DNA of 64,000 nt, from the NCBI GenBank assembly GCA_029263455.1, contig JAJCXM010000020.1, positions 186,753-250,752 on the forward strand. The letters run 5' to 3'. Shown piece after piece: positions 10,592 to 19,997 of the stretch. Both the position numbers and the translations under genes were made by a program. The stretch's first letter is position 1, and each line of letters begins with the position of its first letter. A model generated the notes under the pieces. It had not been told where the DNA came from and did no database searches. It was given only the letters and a program-made list of their open reading frames with translations. The DNA is from Holophagae bacterium. GTDB lineage: Bacteria; Acidobacteriota; Holophagae; Acanthopleuribacterales; Acanthopleuribacteraceae.

Positions 10592-11233
10592 ATGAGTTCT
10601 ACGTCCAAGAATCTGATACCCGATGGTCATGAATCTCTTGTCGGCCGTGCTCAGGCGATGCCTGTGACGGAGCCTCACGTTGTGTTGAAGCGTCCGATTG
10701 TGCCGCCATTCCCCCCGACCATGGAGCAGGTCATATTTGGGATGGGTTGTTTTTGGGGCGCTGAACGGCGTTTCTGGGAAATGGATGGCGTGTATGTAAC
10801 GGCAGTTGGATACGCAGCAGGCGCAACACCCAACCCCACTTACCGCGAAGTATGTAGCGGATTGACGGGCCATAACGAGGTCGTACTGGTCGTCTATGAT
10901 CCAGCGATCGTTGATTTTGAGTCCTTGCTCAAAAACTTTTGGGAGAGCCATGATCCGACACAAGGCATGAGGCAGGGTAATGATCGGGGCACACAATATA
11001 GGTCCGGTATTTACACAACTAGTCAAGCCCAAATGCTGCAAGCGACCAACTCTAGGTCGCGATTCAATCAACAACTTGAACGCCAGGGTAAGGGTGCCAT
11101 CACAACTGAAGTTATTGAAGCGGGCCCTTTTTATTACGCCGAAACCTATCATCAACAATACTTAGCCAGAAACCCGGGTGGTTATTGCGGATTAGGCGGT
11201 ACAGGCGTTTGTTATACAGCGAGTGAAGCGTGA
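10592..11233 (+). CDS. msrA: Peptide-methionine (S)-S-oxide reductase MsrA
   Basis: AGGAG RBS upstream. Catalytic 'GCFWGAE' motif, plus 'VVLVVYDP', 'ESHDPTQ', 'RSGIY' and 'YHQQYL', all characteristic of MsrA. Confidence 0.9.
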   Translation: MSSTSKNLIPDGHESLVGRAQAMPVTEPHVVLKRPIVPPFPPTMEQVIFGMGCFWGAERRFWEMDGVYVTAVGYAAGATPNPTYREVCSGLTGHNEVVLVVYDPAIVDFESLLKNFWESHDPTQGMRQGNDRGTQYRSGIYTTSQAQMLQATNSRSRFNQQLERQGKGAITTEVIEAGPFYYAETYHQQYLARNPGGYCGLGGTGVCYTASEA

Positions 11234-11521
11234 AAACCCTCAGACGTGTTGAGTTATAAGGCTTTGCTGCGCGGACCTGAGCCATGTCGGTTCCGTTCAG
11301 TCCCTTTAAATCAAGCTTTCGATTGAGCCGGTTTGTGCCAGCGTCTTGCTATCAGAAAAGAATGTGATCGAACATTTTTTATCCGCTTTTTTGAGACCGC
11401 TTGATCACATTACGGATTCCAATTCTTAATTCTCAGTGGATCCGGATGGCGCTTGACCCATGCGGCGTGGGCCAAGCAAACGTATCGGCGGGCACCGCGT
11501 TCACATGCTAGCGAATTGGAA

Positions 11522-12316
11522 TCACTTATTAGTCATTTTTTGTCGTTCATTTGCCTGAACAATGACATTCGTAACTCCGGCATCGATAGCTAAAGTCAGG
11601 CCAATTTCTGTATTAGTTGCCGTGTTGCGACCAGTGAGTGCACCTGCATCTGTGGCACCAGAAATACGGTTCACGCTGACATTAAAACCAACGTTTTCTA
11701 ATTTGTTCTTGTAGAAGTCCAAAACATCGTCAATGGAATCGTCGGTCGTGAACTGGAAGGTGAGAGAACGCCCTTTTTCGGTCTTTGCGTCGAACGCAGA
11801 TTTTGGTTCCGTTCCAGGATAGATCGGGATCCATTCAGGTTGATCTTTCAGATCCTCGCCGGCAGAGAAGGAGGCGCTTCCGTCGGGCCCATTGAACGTT
11901 AGACTACCTCCAGATTCTTCGTCCTCGTTAAATTCAATGGTTGATTCGCCGTCTTCGGTAACAAATGAAATCTTCCCCTCTTTGATGTCTTGGTAATTCA
12001 CCTGTATTTCTTCGCCTGTCTTTTCATTGCGGAAGGTGATGATTTGAGCTTCGTCGTCGCCGTCAACAAACTCAATCTCTGGGCTTCCGGCTGCAATCAG
12101 TTTAGCGGCCGTGATCTCTGGATGTTTTTCAACGTTGTCAACGAACTCCTTGCCCTTCTTAAACACAAAAGAAGTGACGACGACGGCAGCAATGATTCCA
12201 ATCAAAGTGATTGAACCGCAACCAATAAGCACCCATCCTAATGGGCCTAAACCCTTCTTTTCTGTGCCTGTCATAGAGACCTCCCTTGACCGATGATGTG
12301 TGTGTCTGAGAGCCAT
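11522..12316 (-). CDS. Membrane-anchored hypothetical protein
   Basis: 264-aa ORF with one N-terminal TM helix ('LGWVLIGCGSITLIGIIAAVVVTSFVF') and an acidic extracytoplasmic domain. Confidence 0.5.
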   Translation of the reverse strand: MALRHTHHRSREVSMTGTEKKGLGPLGWVLIGCGSITLIGIIAAVVVTSFVFKKGKEFVDNVEKHPEITAAKLIAAGSPEIEFVDGDDEAQIITFRNEKTGEEIQVNYQDIKEGKISFVTEDGESTIEFNEDEESGGSLTFNGPDGSASFSAGEDLKDQPEWIPIYPGTEPKSAFDAKTEKGRSLTFQFTTDDSIDDVLDFYKNKLENVGFNVSVNRISGATDAGALTGRNTATNTEIGLTLAIDAGVTNVIVQANERQKMTNK

Positions 12317-12499
12317 TTTCGGACAGTTACGCTCCGAATACCATCATCTTTGATAAATCGGCTGTCAAATGACCGCGACACCGACACCAATGCCGCTTTT
12401 GCGTACTGGTGTGAATCCTTTTGTTTACAGATAGATAGCCGGAACAGGTTGTCTCTGCCAGGAACAGACTCTGCACTTTGTAATCGTAGGAGGTGAATT

Positions 12500-13138
12500 A
12501 TGATCATGATTACATTGCTTTGCTTTTGGCAGGAATTGCCATGGCGTATTGAATTGGTGGATGGTACGGCTATGACGTCGGCAAAAGAGCCGTTACGGTT
12601 GGAAAACGAATGGCGCATGTATACAGAACAATGGGGTTGGGTTAGTTGCCCACTGAAGTTGGTACGTCGGGTTGCACCTATACCGACTATTAAGACGATA
12701 GAGAAGGGCGCTGAACCTACGTATGTCAAAACAATTACGTCCACTGGTTTACAAGCGCGAGAAAAGGAGAAGCCGATTGTCGTGACTAACAAGTCATTGG
12801 CTCACTATTCGCAAAGCCACCAACGTCAGCTTTCAGACACACAGGATCGCCAGCAAACGGAGATGGGGTCGGGGGCTGAAAAGCTTGAGCAAGCCAAAAA
12901 AGTGCGCATTGACTTTATCGAAAAGAGACTCAAGGTCAGTGCGCGTGTTGCTGTCTTAGAAAAGAAAATCAAGCACGTGGAACGACAACAATTCTTGGCA
13001 TTTGATGTGGAACTGAGGGCAAAACTAGAGGGTTTACGGAATGGCTTAAGAGACGATCTTCAAAGCCAAAAAGAAATCTTAAACCAACTTCGACGCCAAG
13101 AGAAATTGGCCCGCAGCCAAGCGTTGATTGGCGATTAA
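12500..13138 (+). CDS. Hypothetical protein with C-terminal charged coiled-coil
   Basis: 212-aa ATG ORF. I prefer it over the overlapping 12271..12792 minus ORF, which reads as low-complexity junk. The C-terminal half is K/E/R/Q-rich and heptad-like. Its end overlaps the PilZ gene stop by 4 nt. Confidence 0.3.
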   Translation: MIMITLLCFWQELPWRIELVDGTAMTSAKEPLRLENEWRMYTEQWGWVSCPLKLVRRVAPIPTIKTIEKGAEPTYVKTITSTGLQAREKEKPIVVTNKSLAHYSQSHQRQLSDTQDRQQTEMGSGAEKLEQAKKVRIDFIEKRLKVSARVAVLEKKIKHVERQQFLAFDVELRAKLEGLRNGLRDDLQSQKEILNQLRRQEKLARSQALIGD

Positions 13139-13530
13139 TCTTGAAAGAGCGATGTGTTCCTTAGCTCTTGATTGACAAACTCATCCAATTCACGGATTTG
13201 TTCGCTGGGTAACCCTTGAAAGGCAACGCCAATGCCTTTCAAGCGGTCCCGGTCTAGTTTATAAACAACGATGCCGTTGGGACGTATGTGAGTTATTTCG
13301 GTTTGTTCAAATTGGATCTGTTGCAGGATGCTGCCCACAGACAGTTGATTGAGTTGTTCGCCCGAAAGAATAAAAAATACACCACCAGCCGACAAACTAA
13401 TGACTAAACAGTCCTTGTGTTCAATTTCTTGGCAAGTGTAACTTGACCGGCATCGAGCCACGTCGTCAATGGCGAGGCGTTTGTAGCGTCGCTTGTCTTG
13501 CATGAAATTCCCTTGTATTAGATGCCGCAT
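13135..13530 (-). CDS. PilZ-domain (c-di-GMP-binding) protein, single domain
   Basis: The N-terminal 'KRRYKR' fits the PilZ RxxxR motif. 'ISLSAGGVFF' fits the second motif ([DN]xSxxG), with I in place of D/N. The 131-aa size is typical of stand-alone PilZ proteins. Confidence 0.6.
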   Translation of the reverse strand: MRHLIQGNFMQDKRRYKRLAIDDVARCRSSYTCQEIEHKDCLVISLSAGGVFFILSGEQLNQLSVGSILQQIQFEQTEITHIRPNGIVVYKLDRDRLKGIGVAFQGLPSEQIRELDEFVNQELRNTSLFQD

Positions 13531-13759
13531 CTTAACATGACTTCAACCATGCTAGCTTTCCATAATCTTACGGATAAGATTGACAATCGCTTTTAATGTG
13601 GGGCTGGACAGATATAGGATTGGCTGAGTTGAGATGCCTATTACGAACTCACATTAGACACATTGGGGCGGTACAAATTGTTTTTTTAAGTGTCTTCACT
13701 CTGTGGCTCTGGCTCAATGAACGAATATCCCTGGTTATCTAGTATTCGCAGACCAGGGT

Positions 13760-14107
13760 TCAAACAATGACACCGTGACGAAGGAAACGAACGATTTCGT
13801 CCGCTTGTTGTTCAGGTAAATCGAGAAATTGAACGCCGCAGCCAAGTGCGGTACGTACGGGCATCAGTCTCACAACTTGACCTTCAATTTGGAAATTGGC
13901 CAGTGAATCTAACTCCAATTGGATATCGTGTAGCGATTCTCCACGTTCAAACTTTTTGATAGGTTCATCCAGCCAAACTAGCATGCCGCCGGCCGATAAG
14001 TTGAGGACAGGCTGGTGAGTATAGTGCTGGCCGTTAACACGAAAGCTAGCGAAACACTTGATAACGCCCATGAAAGCGTATCGAGCAAAGGCACGTTGAT
14101 CTGTCAT
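13760..14107 (-). CDS. PilZ-domain (c-di-GMP-binding) protein, single domain
   Basis: 'DQRAFARY' gives RxxxR and 'NLSAGGM' gives NxSxxG. I trimmed the start to the second Met ('MTDQRAF'); the ORF track begins 10 codons earlier, at 14137. Confidence 0.6.
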   Translation of the reverse strand: MTDQRAFARYAFMGVIKCFASFRVNGQHYTHQPVLNLSAGGMLVWLDEPIKKFERGESLHDIQLELDSLANFQIEGQVVRLMPVRTALGCGVQFLDLPEQQADEIVRFLRHGVIV

Positions 14108-14223
14108 AAAGAGTTCCTTATGGCACAATAAAAGCATGGATTCTGTATATCGATCAAGAAAGGTTTGCCATTAGTAGGGTTGGTCACATAAGTTAAGAGA
14201 GAGGCTAGTGGAGGAGTGGAACG

Positions 14224-15162
14224 TTGACAGACGAACTGTGGCGTGTCGATTCGGGTGCGCGTGCCAAGTCGCGCATATCTGAAGAAGACAGAAAAGAAGG
14301 TGAATCACTCCTCAAATACACATTGAGCCGTCGGTATTTGATCGAGTCCTTTATTGGACGAGGTGGTATGGGCCTTATATTTGTGGCTCAGGATCTAGAC
14401 GAAGGTCGTCGAGTTGTCATCAAGATGATCAAGTCCAGCGAGTTGAAACGTGACACAGCTGTGACGGTCAAGCGCTTCCGGCGTGAGGCAATGGGATTAA
14501 TGCAGTTCAAGCACCCTAATATCGTGACGATCTTAGATTTTGATTTCGCCAATGAAGTAGCTCCGTATATCGTCATGGAACATATCGATGGATATACGCT
14601 ATTCGAATTTATGAAGCAGTTTCCCGATGGCTTACCCATTGATGTATTTTTGGGATTCATGGAGCACTTATGTAGTGCCGTTAGCTTAATTCATGAAAAT
14701 GGCATTATCCATCGAGACATAAAGCCGCATAACATGATGGTGGAGATCCATGAAGGTGCTTTTGTTTTGAAAGTTCTAGACTTTGGGCTCATTCTTTTTC
14801 AACACGCGCTGAAGGTCGAAGGCCCTTTGGGACTCACAAATCCGAATGAGGTGCTCGGGACACCGGGCTACATGTCGCCTGAACAGTGTCTCGGGATCAA
14901 AGTTAACTACGCGTCTGATATCTATAATCTGGGACTCATTGCTTATGAGTTGGTGACAGGCCAAGCCCCATTTGTCGAAAAACAGCTTGAGAAGTTACTC
15001 GTTCAACATATTCATCACCTACCCGAACCCGTGTCCAAGCTGCGTAAAGATGTACCGGCAAGTTTAGGTCGTGTCATTGCTCGTGCTCTCGAAAAAGAAC
15101 CGACAAGACGTCATTCGAGTAGTCAATTATTCTGGCAAGCGCTTCGATTATCTGCGCACTAA
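14224..15162 (+). CDS. Serine/threonine protein kinase (Hanks-type)
   Basis: Gly-rich loop 'IGRGGMGLIF', 'VVIK' lysine, catalytic loop 'HRDIKPHNMM', 'DFG', 'GTPGYMSPE'. TTG start, with GGAGGAG 7 nt upstream and an in-frame stop just before it. Confidence 0.8.
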   Translation: MTDELWRVDSGARAKSRISEEDRKEGESLLKYTLSRRYLIESFIGRGGMGLIFVAQDLDEGRRVVIKMIKSSELKRDTAVTVKRFRREAMGLMQFKHPNIVTILDFDFANEVAPYIVMEHIDGYTLFEFMKQFPDGLPIDVFLGFMEHLCSAVSLIHENGIIHRDIKPHNMMVEIHEGAFVLKVLDFGLILFQHALKVEGPLGLTNPNEVLGTPGYMSPEQCLGIKVNYASDIYNLGLIAYELVTGQAPFVEKQLEKLLVQHIHHLPEPVSKLRKDVPASLGRVIARALEKEPTRRHSSSQLFWQALRLSAH

Positions 15163-15271
15163 TCAATGTGGTTGCAAACTCCATTGGCTAAGTGCCTGAC
15201 TCGATTGACATAGTTCTCGCTGTAAGCTAGGGTTTCGGCATTCAATACAAAAGGCTTATTGGGGGCTAGAC

Positions 15272-16966
15272 ATGCGGTTTTGGCTTTTGCCGATGGTGGC
15301 AATAGCGTGCCACGCGGATATTTCAGGTTTTGTACTTGAGGACAGTACAGGTAACCCCATTTCAGGCGCCCGTGTGCATTTGCAGGCGGAGCCAGATATT
15401 TTCGTGTTTTCGGCAGCAGACGGAAGCTACCTCCTGCCTGTCAACCCGGGCTTACCTGTGAAGATTACGGCGTCGGTCCACTACGATCCTTTAAACCCAG
15501 TTAACTACATCATTGGTGGTACAGACACGACCAATGGCAGCACCAATGTCGAAATTCGACTTGTGCAGTTGCCCGGCTCAGATGTGATCGATTTGACTCA
15601 GGCAAGTTCAAGTGATTGTGCGAACTGCCACGCCGAACAGTTTTTCTCTTGGTTCTTTAGTGCACATGCGGGTGCAGGCACAGACGAGTGGGTGCGTGAC
15701 CTCTATTCGGGCGACGGAACGCCGGGCGGGAATGCCGGGTACGTTTTTCGGGACCTTCATGACGCCAACGATACCGGTCTATGCGCGACATGCCATACAG
15801 CGCTCGCCGATATTCAAGACCCTGGCAATGTGTTTCTTGACGAGGTGACGGATTCAATTGCGCTTGAGGGTGTGAACTGCATAGCCTGCCACAAGATTGC
15901 GCACGTCAACAACAACGTCAATGGCTTAAATCATTTAGGTAACTCTACCTATCGGTTTCCCGACGGACCGGAACCAACCTGGCAATATGTTTGGGGTCCG
16001 TTGGATGATGTGACCTATCCAGCTATGCAAGCTTCCCATCAATCACAATTTAGCGATTCCATTTTCTGTGCTTCCTGTCACCAATATACTAACCCTACGA
16101 ACGGAGCTCCTGGGCAATCGACCTACGAGGAGTGGCTACTTTCACCTTTTGCGGTGCCGGGTCCCAATTATCAGTCTTGCCAAGATTGTCATATGCCGCA
16201 ATTACCGGCCGATGTGATTTGCTCAGTGGGCACATCTATCATCCGTCCGCCAGAACGCAATCGTGACCATGGAATCGCCAGCGCCTCCATGGTGTCCCTC
16301 TCAGCGAGTATTGATTTAGCTACATCACTTTCGGATATGGACGGTCAACTTACGGTTTCGGCCATGGTAAGTAATGTCGGTGCCGGGCACAACTTCCCTG
16401 CTGGCGTCTCGATCCGAAACGCGTTTGTGGTTGTCGAGGCATGGCTTAATGGCCAGCCGTTATCGCAAATTGATGGTTCAACCATTCCTTTTTGGGCGAG
16501 TGACGATGTACCCGGAGAACAGCCCGGCGATTACGCCGGCATGCCCGGGCGGGGTTTTGCTAAGGTCTTACAAGGTCGTATCAACGGCCAGGGTCCAGTT
16601 GTAAGGCCAGTTTTGTTTATTGACGCCGAATCAGTTTATGAAGATAGCGCGATTCCTTCTGGTGGTTCAGTGGACACTCCTGTCGTTTTTGCGGTACCTG
16701 GCTTCGCTGTCGCTGGCGATACTGTGCTGGTACGTTCAAGGGTCATTTATCGGCGTGCATGGCGAGCGTTGGCTGTGACCAAGGGTTGGACAGAAACGCC
16801 ACAAGGAACCGATATCGAGCTTGAAATTGCTCGTATCGATGACAATTATGTGCTCACAAATGACGGCATACTGCCTCAGGTTCCGACGATGGGTCATTGG
16901 GGCAGGCTCATTTTGATTGCTGGATTGTTAAGTATGATCGTTTGGCACAAGAAACGAGTGGCTTGA
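15272..16966 (+). CDS. Pentaheme c-type cytochrome with N-terminal carboxypeptidase-regulatory-like (beta-sandwich) domain and C-terminal membrane anchor
   Basis: Five CxxCH motifs (CANCH, CATCH, CIACH, CASCH, CQDCH). Signal peptide present. The N-terminal 'ISGARVHLQAEPDIFVFSAADGSYLL' is CarbopepD_reg-like. A hydrophobic C-terminus is followed by 'HKKRVA'. Confidence 0.7.
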   Translation: MRFWLLPMVAIACHADISGFVLEDSTGNPISGARVHLQAEPDIFVFSAADGSYLLPVNPGLPVKITASVHYDPLNPVNYIIGGTDTTNGSTNVEIRLVQLPGSDVIDLTQASSSDCANCHAEQFFSWFFSAHAGAGTDEWVRDLYSGDGTPGGNAGYVFRDLHDANDTGLCATCHTALADIQDPGNVFLDEVTDSIALEGVNCIACHKIAHVNNNVNGLNHLGNSTYRFPDGPEPTWQYVWGPLDDVTYPAMQASHQSQFSDSIFCASCHQYTNPTNGAPGQSTYEEWLLSPFAVPGPNYQSCQDCHMPQLPADVICSVGTSIIRPPERNRDHGIASASMVSLSASIDLATSLSDMDGQLTVSAMVSNVGAGHNFPAGVSIRNAFVVVEAWLNGQPLSQIDGSTIPFWASDDVPGEQPGDYAGMPGRGFAKVLQGRINGQGPVVRPVLFIDAESVYEDSAIPSGGSVDTPVVFAVPGFAVAGDTVLVRSRVIYRRAWRALAVTKGWTETPQGTDIELEIARIDDNYVLTNDGILPQVPTMGHWGRLILIAGLLSMIVWHKKRVA

Positions 16967-16997
16967 CGTAAACACGGTTCAGGATCATGCTTAGTTC

Positions 16998-19880
16998 ATG
17001 CCCCGCTGCTTAGTCACAATCCTGTGCTTTTGTATCCATTTGACTGCGAGTGCTCAAGTACGGCTGACGTTTAACGACGGTCGTACGTTAATGGCTGATC
17101 GATGGACGATCAACGAAGGTTTACCTTTAGATACGGTCTATGCCATTAACCAAACAGACGACGGATTTTTGTGGTTATGCGTTGATGATGGTTTAACTCG
17201 GTTCGATGGTCTGGCGTTTAAGACGTGGTCAATCGAGGATGGTCTGTCCGATAACTCCTTGCAGGCTTTGAGCGTGGCGCAGGACGGTAAGTTGTGGGTC
17301 GGAAGTTACGATGGTGGCGTCAACATCATGGCGGATGGTGGAATTTCGCGTATCCGCCAGGCAGACGGCCTACTGAGTGACCGTATTTGGAGTATCGATC
17401 ATTCGTCCGATGGCTCCGTTTGGATAGCCACCAACGAAGGTGTCAGTTTTGGTCAAATCGGCCGGCCGTGGAGCCATCTGACTACAGAACACGGGTTACC
17501 TGCAAATTGGGTGAGAGTGGTTTTTGTAGATGCGGATAACCGGGTTTGGATTGGTACGGAAGGCGCAGGCATATGTGTTTGGAACGGGACCCATTTGCAG
17601 CTATTAAACGGCCCGGAGTTCCCGAAAGACGTTAGCGTTGTCGCTATACACCAAGATATCAATGGCGTGATTTGGATGGGAACACGCGACCACGGGCTTT
17701 GGCGTGTAGACAAAGATGCACTGGTCCGAGTTCCGTTATCTGGTCGTGACGCTCGCTGGGTGCGAGCCTTGGCCTCCGACAAAAATGGCACCCTCTGGGT
17801 TGGCACTATGGCACATGGTTTGGCGACTTTGATTGGAGACAAAGTTGAATGGCTTGCGGATGTTGGTCTCAAAATCGTGGACGTTCTCTCCCTGTTCGTG
17901 AGTCAGCAAGACACGGTTTGGGTGGGAACCGGTGGCGATGGCTTGGTCCAGATTCGACCTCCACAGGTTAAGGTTGTCGATGACGCAGATGGTTTACATG
18001 ATTCCTGGGTATTTGTCGTTACAGAAGATACGAAAGGTGTGCTTTGGGCGAGCACAAAGAGTGGACTATACCGAATCCTGCGGGGTCGTGCTGAGCCGGT
18101 CAGATTCGATGACGACGGCGTTTGGACATACAGTCTATTACCAGAAAACGATCACATGTGGCTCGGAACCGCAGGCAAAGGCTTGAAGAAGATCGACAGC
18201 TCAGGTCAGCTCAACATTTCGATTCCCCGTATTGGTGATCGATGGGTTTATGCACTTGCTCATGACAAGCAGGGGCAGTTGCTTATTGGTTCTGACCGCG
18301 GTTTAGCCGTTTATGACAGACAAAACGTGCGTTACTACACAGAATCAGATGGTTTACCTCCCTGCGATGTTCTGAATATTTTGCTAGCAGACTCGCGCGT
18401 TTGGCTTGGCACAGACAAGGGGCTTTACTCATTCGACGGACAACGATGCGAAAAGATCGAGCTACCATTCGAGGAACAGCCCGTTGTCCTTTCGCTTGCC
18501 CAACATGAATCTCTGGTGCTTATCGGAACAGATGAACGTGGGCTTTTGATCCTTGATGATGAAGGCGCAGTGAGTCGCTATTCACAACGAAACGGTCTAT
18601 TCCAAAATACAGTTTACCAACTATTAGTAACCGATAATCGCGTTTGGATTTCAAGTCCACGTGGCATTCAAGCGATCGACAGCGCACTCTTGGTAGGTCT
18701 CCATCAGGATGGTGGCGGGCAATTGGAAGGTTCACTCTTTGACCAGCGGGATGGGATGCCCAGTCGCGAATGCAATGGTGGAACGATGCCTGCCGGTACC
18801 ATTGCACGAGACGGTAGCGTATGGTTCCCAACCATTCGTGGACTGGTGGGCATTCGTCCTGATCAACTCAATGATCACCGCCCAAAATCTTACATAACTA
18901 AAGTTTTAGCCAATAACGAATCCCTGGCGTTTGATCAGAATTTCGTTGTCCCGGCGGGGACAGAACGACTCGAAATCCATTTCTCGGCGCTCGCCTTGAC
19001 GATGCCAGGACGAACACAGTTCCGCTATCGATTGGGGAATAGGTGGGTGCATACCATGGATCGACAGGTGATTTTTTCGCACCTGGCGCCGGGAAACTAC
19101 CAATTTGAGGTAGCAGCATCAAATGGCTCTGGTCAATGGGACACAAGCCGGGGTCGCGCATTGATTACGTTTTCGGTATCAGGATATTGGCTTCGGTCAC
19201 TCAAACTATGGGCCCTTTTATTCGTAGCCGTCGTTTTTGTTTTGTATCGTCTGTATTGGCGCCGCCCCGTCGAACTTGTTATGGCAGACGAGGGTGCATT
19301 CACGGCTTTGAAATCGGTTTCGCAAAGGGCGCTTTCAAGCGATTTGGTAGAAGAGTTGGCGCGCAAGCTTCGTGACTTGCGCAACGAAGTTTCCATACAT
19401 GGAGATCAAGGCGATGACGCACCAGCCTGGCGTGAGACACAGCGAAAAATCGACTATTTGCTCGAGTTCATAGGGACCCCAACACGTCAAAAGCAATTTA
19501 AGGTGACATGTGACCCGGACTTGAGGAGCCTATTTAGACTGTTGTTAAGACGAGAAATAGAACCTCAGCTGGTGCCAGTCCCTGATCTCGATATACCGTG
19601 GGTGACCCTATCAGCCGGTTTGATTGATCTCTTTGCCGATATCGATCGCAACGCGATAAACAACTCAATACACTTTGATTCACGAGGCCATGAAATAGTC
19701 CTCAAAGCTAAAGTCCACGGTAGTAACGATCAGGTATTGACGATAACAAGAAATAGGGTATCGGCAGCTTGGGCCCCGTTCCGTGGCCGATTGAGCTATC
19801 AGCAAAAAGGAAACGCCATTATTTGGTTACTCGAAATACCAATTAGGCCATCTTTTGGCGAAGTTGCAAAAAAACTGTAA
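16998..19880 (+). CDS. Periplasmic beta-propeller sensor (two-component-regulator-propeller repeats plus Y_Y_Y domain), one TM helix, atypical cytoplasmic output region
   Basis: Signal peptide. Many Reg_prop-type repeats ('LWVGSYDGGVNI', 'VWIATNEGVSF', 'VWIGTEGAGICVW', 'IWMGTRDHGLWRV', 'LWVGTMAHGLA'...). Y_Y_Y-like 'FRYRLGNRW...LAPGNYQFEVAASNGSGQWD'. TM helix 'LWALLFVAVVFVLY'. The cytoplasmic tail of about 220 aa has no clean H-box or G1/G2 boxes. Confidence 0.7.
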   Translation: MPRCLVTILCFCIHLTASAQVRLTFNDGRTLMADRWTINEGLPLDTVYAINQTDDGFLWLCVDDGLTRFDGLAFKTWSIEDGLSDNSLQALSVAQDGKLWVGSYDGGVNIMADGGISRIRQADGLLSDRIWSIDHSSDGSVWIATNEGVSFGQIGRPWSHLTTEHGLPANWVRVVFVDADNRVWIGTEGAGICVWNGTHLQLLNGPEFPKDVSVVAIHQDINGVIWMGTRDHGLWRVDKDALVRVPLSGRDARWVRALASDKNGTLWVGTMAHGLATLIGDKVEWLADVGLKIVDVLSLFVSQQDTVWVGTGGDGLVQIRPPQVKVVDDADGLHDSWVFVVTEDTKGVLWASTKSGLYRILRGRAEPVRFDDDGVWTYSLLPENDHMWLGTAGKGLKKIDSSGQLNISIPRIGDRWVYALAHDKQGQLLIGSDRGLAVYDRQNVRYYTESDGLPPCDVLNILLADSRVWLGTDKGLYSFDGQRCEKIELPFEEQPVVLSLAQHESLVLIGTDERGLLILDDEGAVSRYSQRNGLFQNTVYQLLVTDNRVWISSPRGIQAIDSALLVGLHQDGGGQLEGSLFDQRDGMPSRECNGGTMPAGTIARDGSVWFPTIRGLVGIRPDQLNDHRPKSYITKVLANNESLAFDQNFVVPAGTERLEIHFSALALTMPGRTQFRYRLGNRWVHTMDRQVIFSHLAPGNYQFEVAASNGSGQWDTSRGRALITFSVSGYWLRSLKLWALLFVAVVFVLYRLYWRRPVELVMADEGAFTALKSVSQRALSSDLVEELARKLRDLRNEVSIHGDQGDDAPAWRETQRKIDYLLEFIGTPTRQKQFKVTCDPDLRSLFRLLLRREIEPQLVPVPDLDIPWVTLSAGLIDLFADIDRNAINNSIHFDSRGHEIVLKAKVHGSNDQVLTITRNRVSAAWAPFRGRLSYQQKGNAIIWLLEIPIRPSFGEVAKKL

Positions 19881-19997
19881 AAAGACGGCACATTTCAAAC
19901 CCTTTTCCCCTGTAGATACGTCCATTAGTGTGACGTCACCTTTCTCGGAAGGCCTTCCTCAATTCGCAGTTTTATCTATAAAAATTGAGGAGGCACT

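Noticed and set aside
12271-12792. 173-aa minus-strand ORF overlapping the 12500-13138 + strand ORF
   Set aside because: The translation is low-complexity (for example 'IMIIIHLLRLQSAESVPGRDNLFRLSICKQKD'), with no motifs and no RBS. The + strand ORF has a cleaner coiled-coil composition. Neither is strongly supported.
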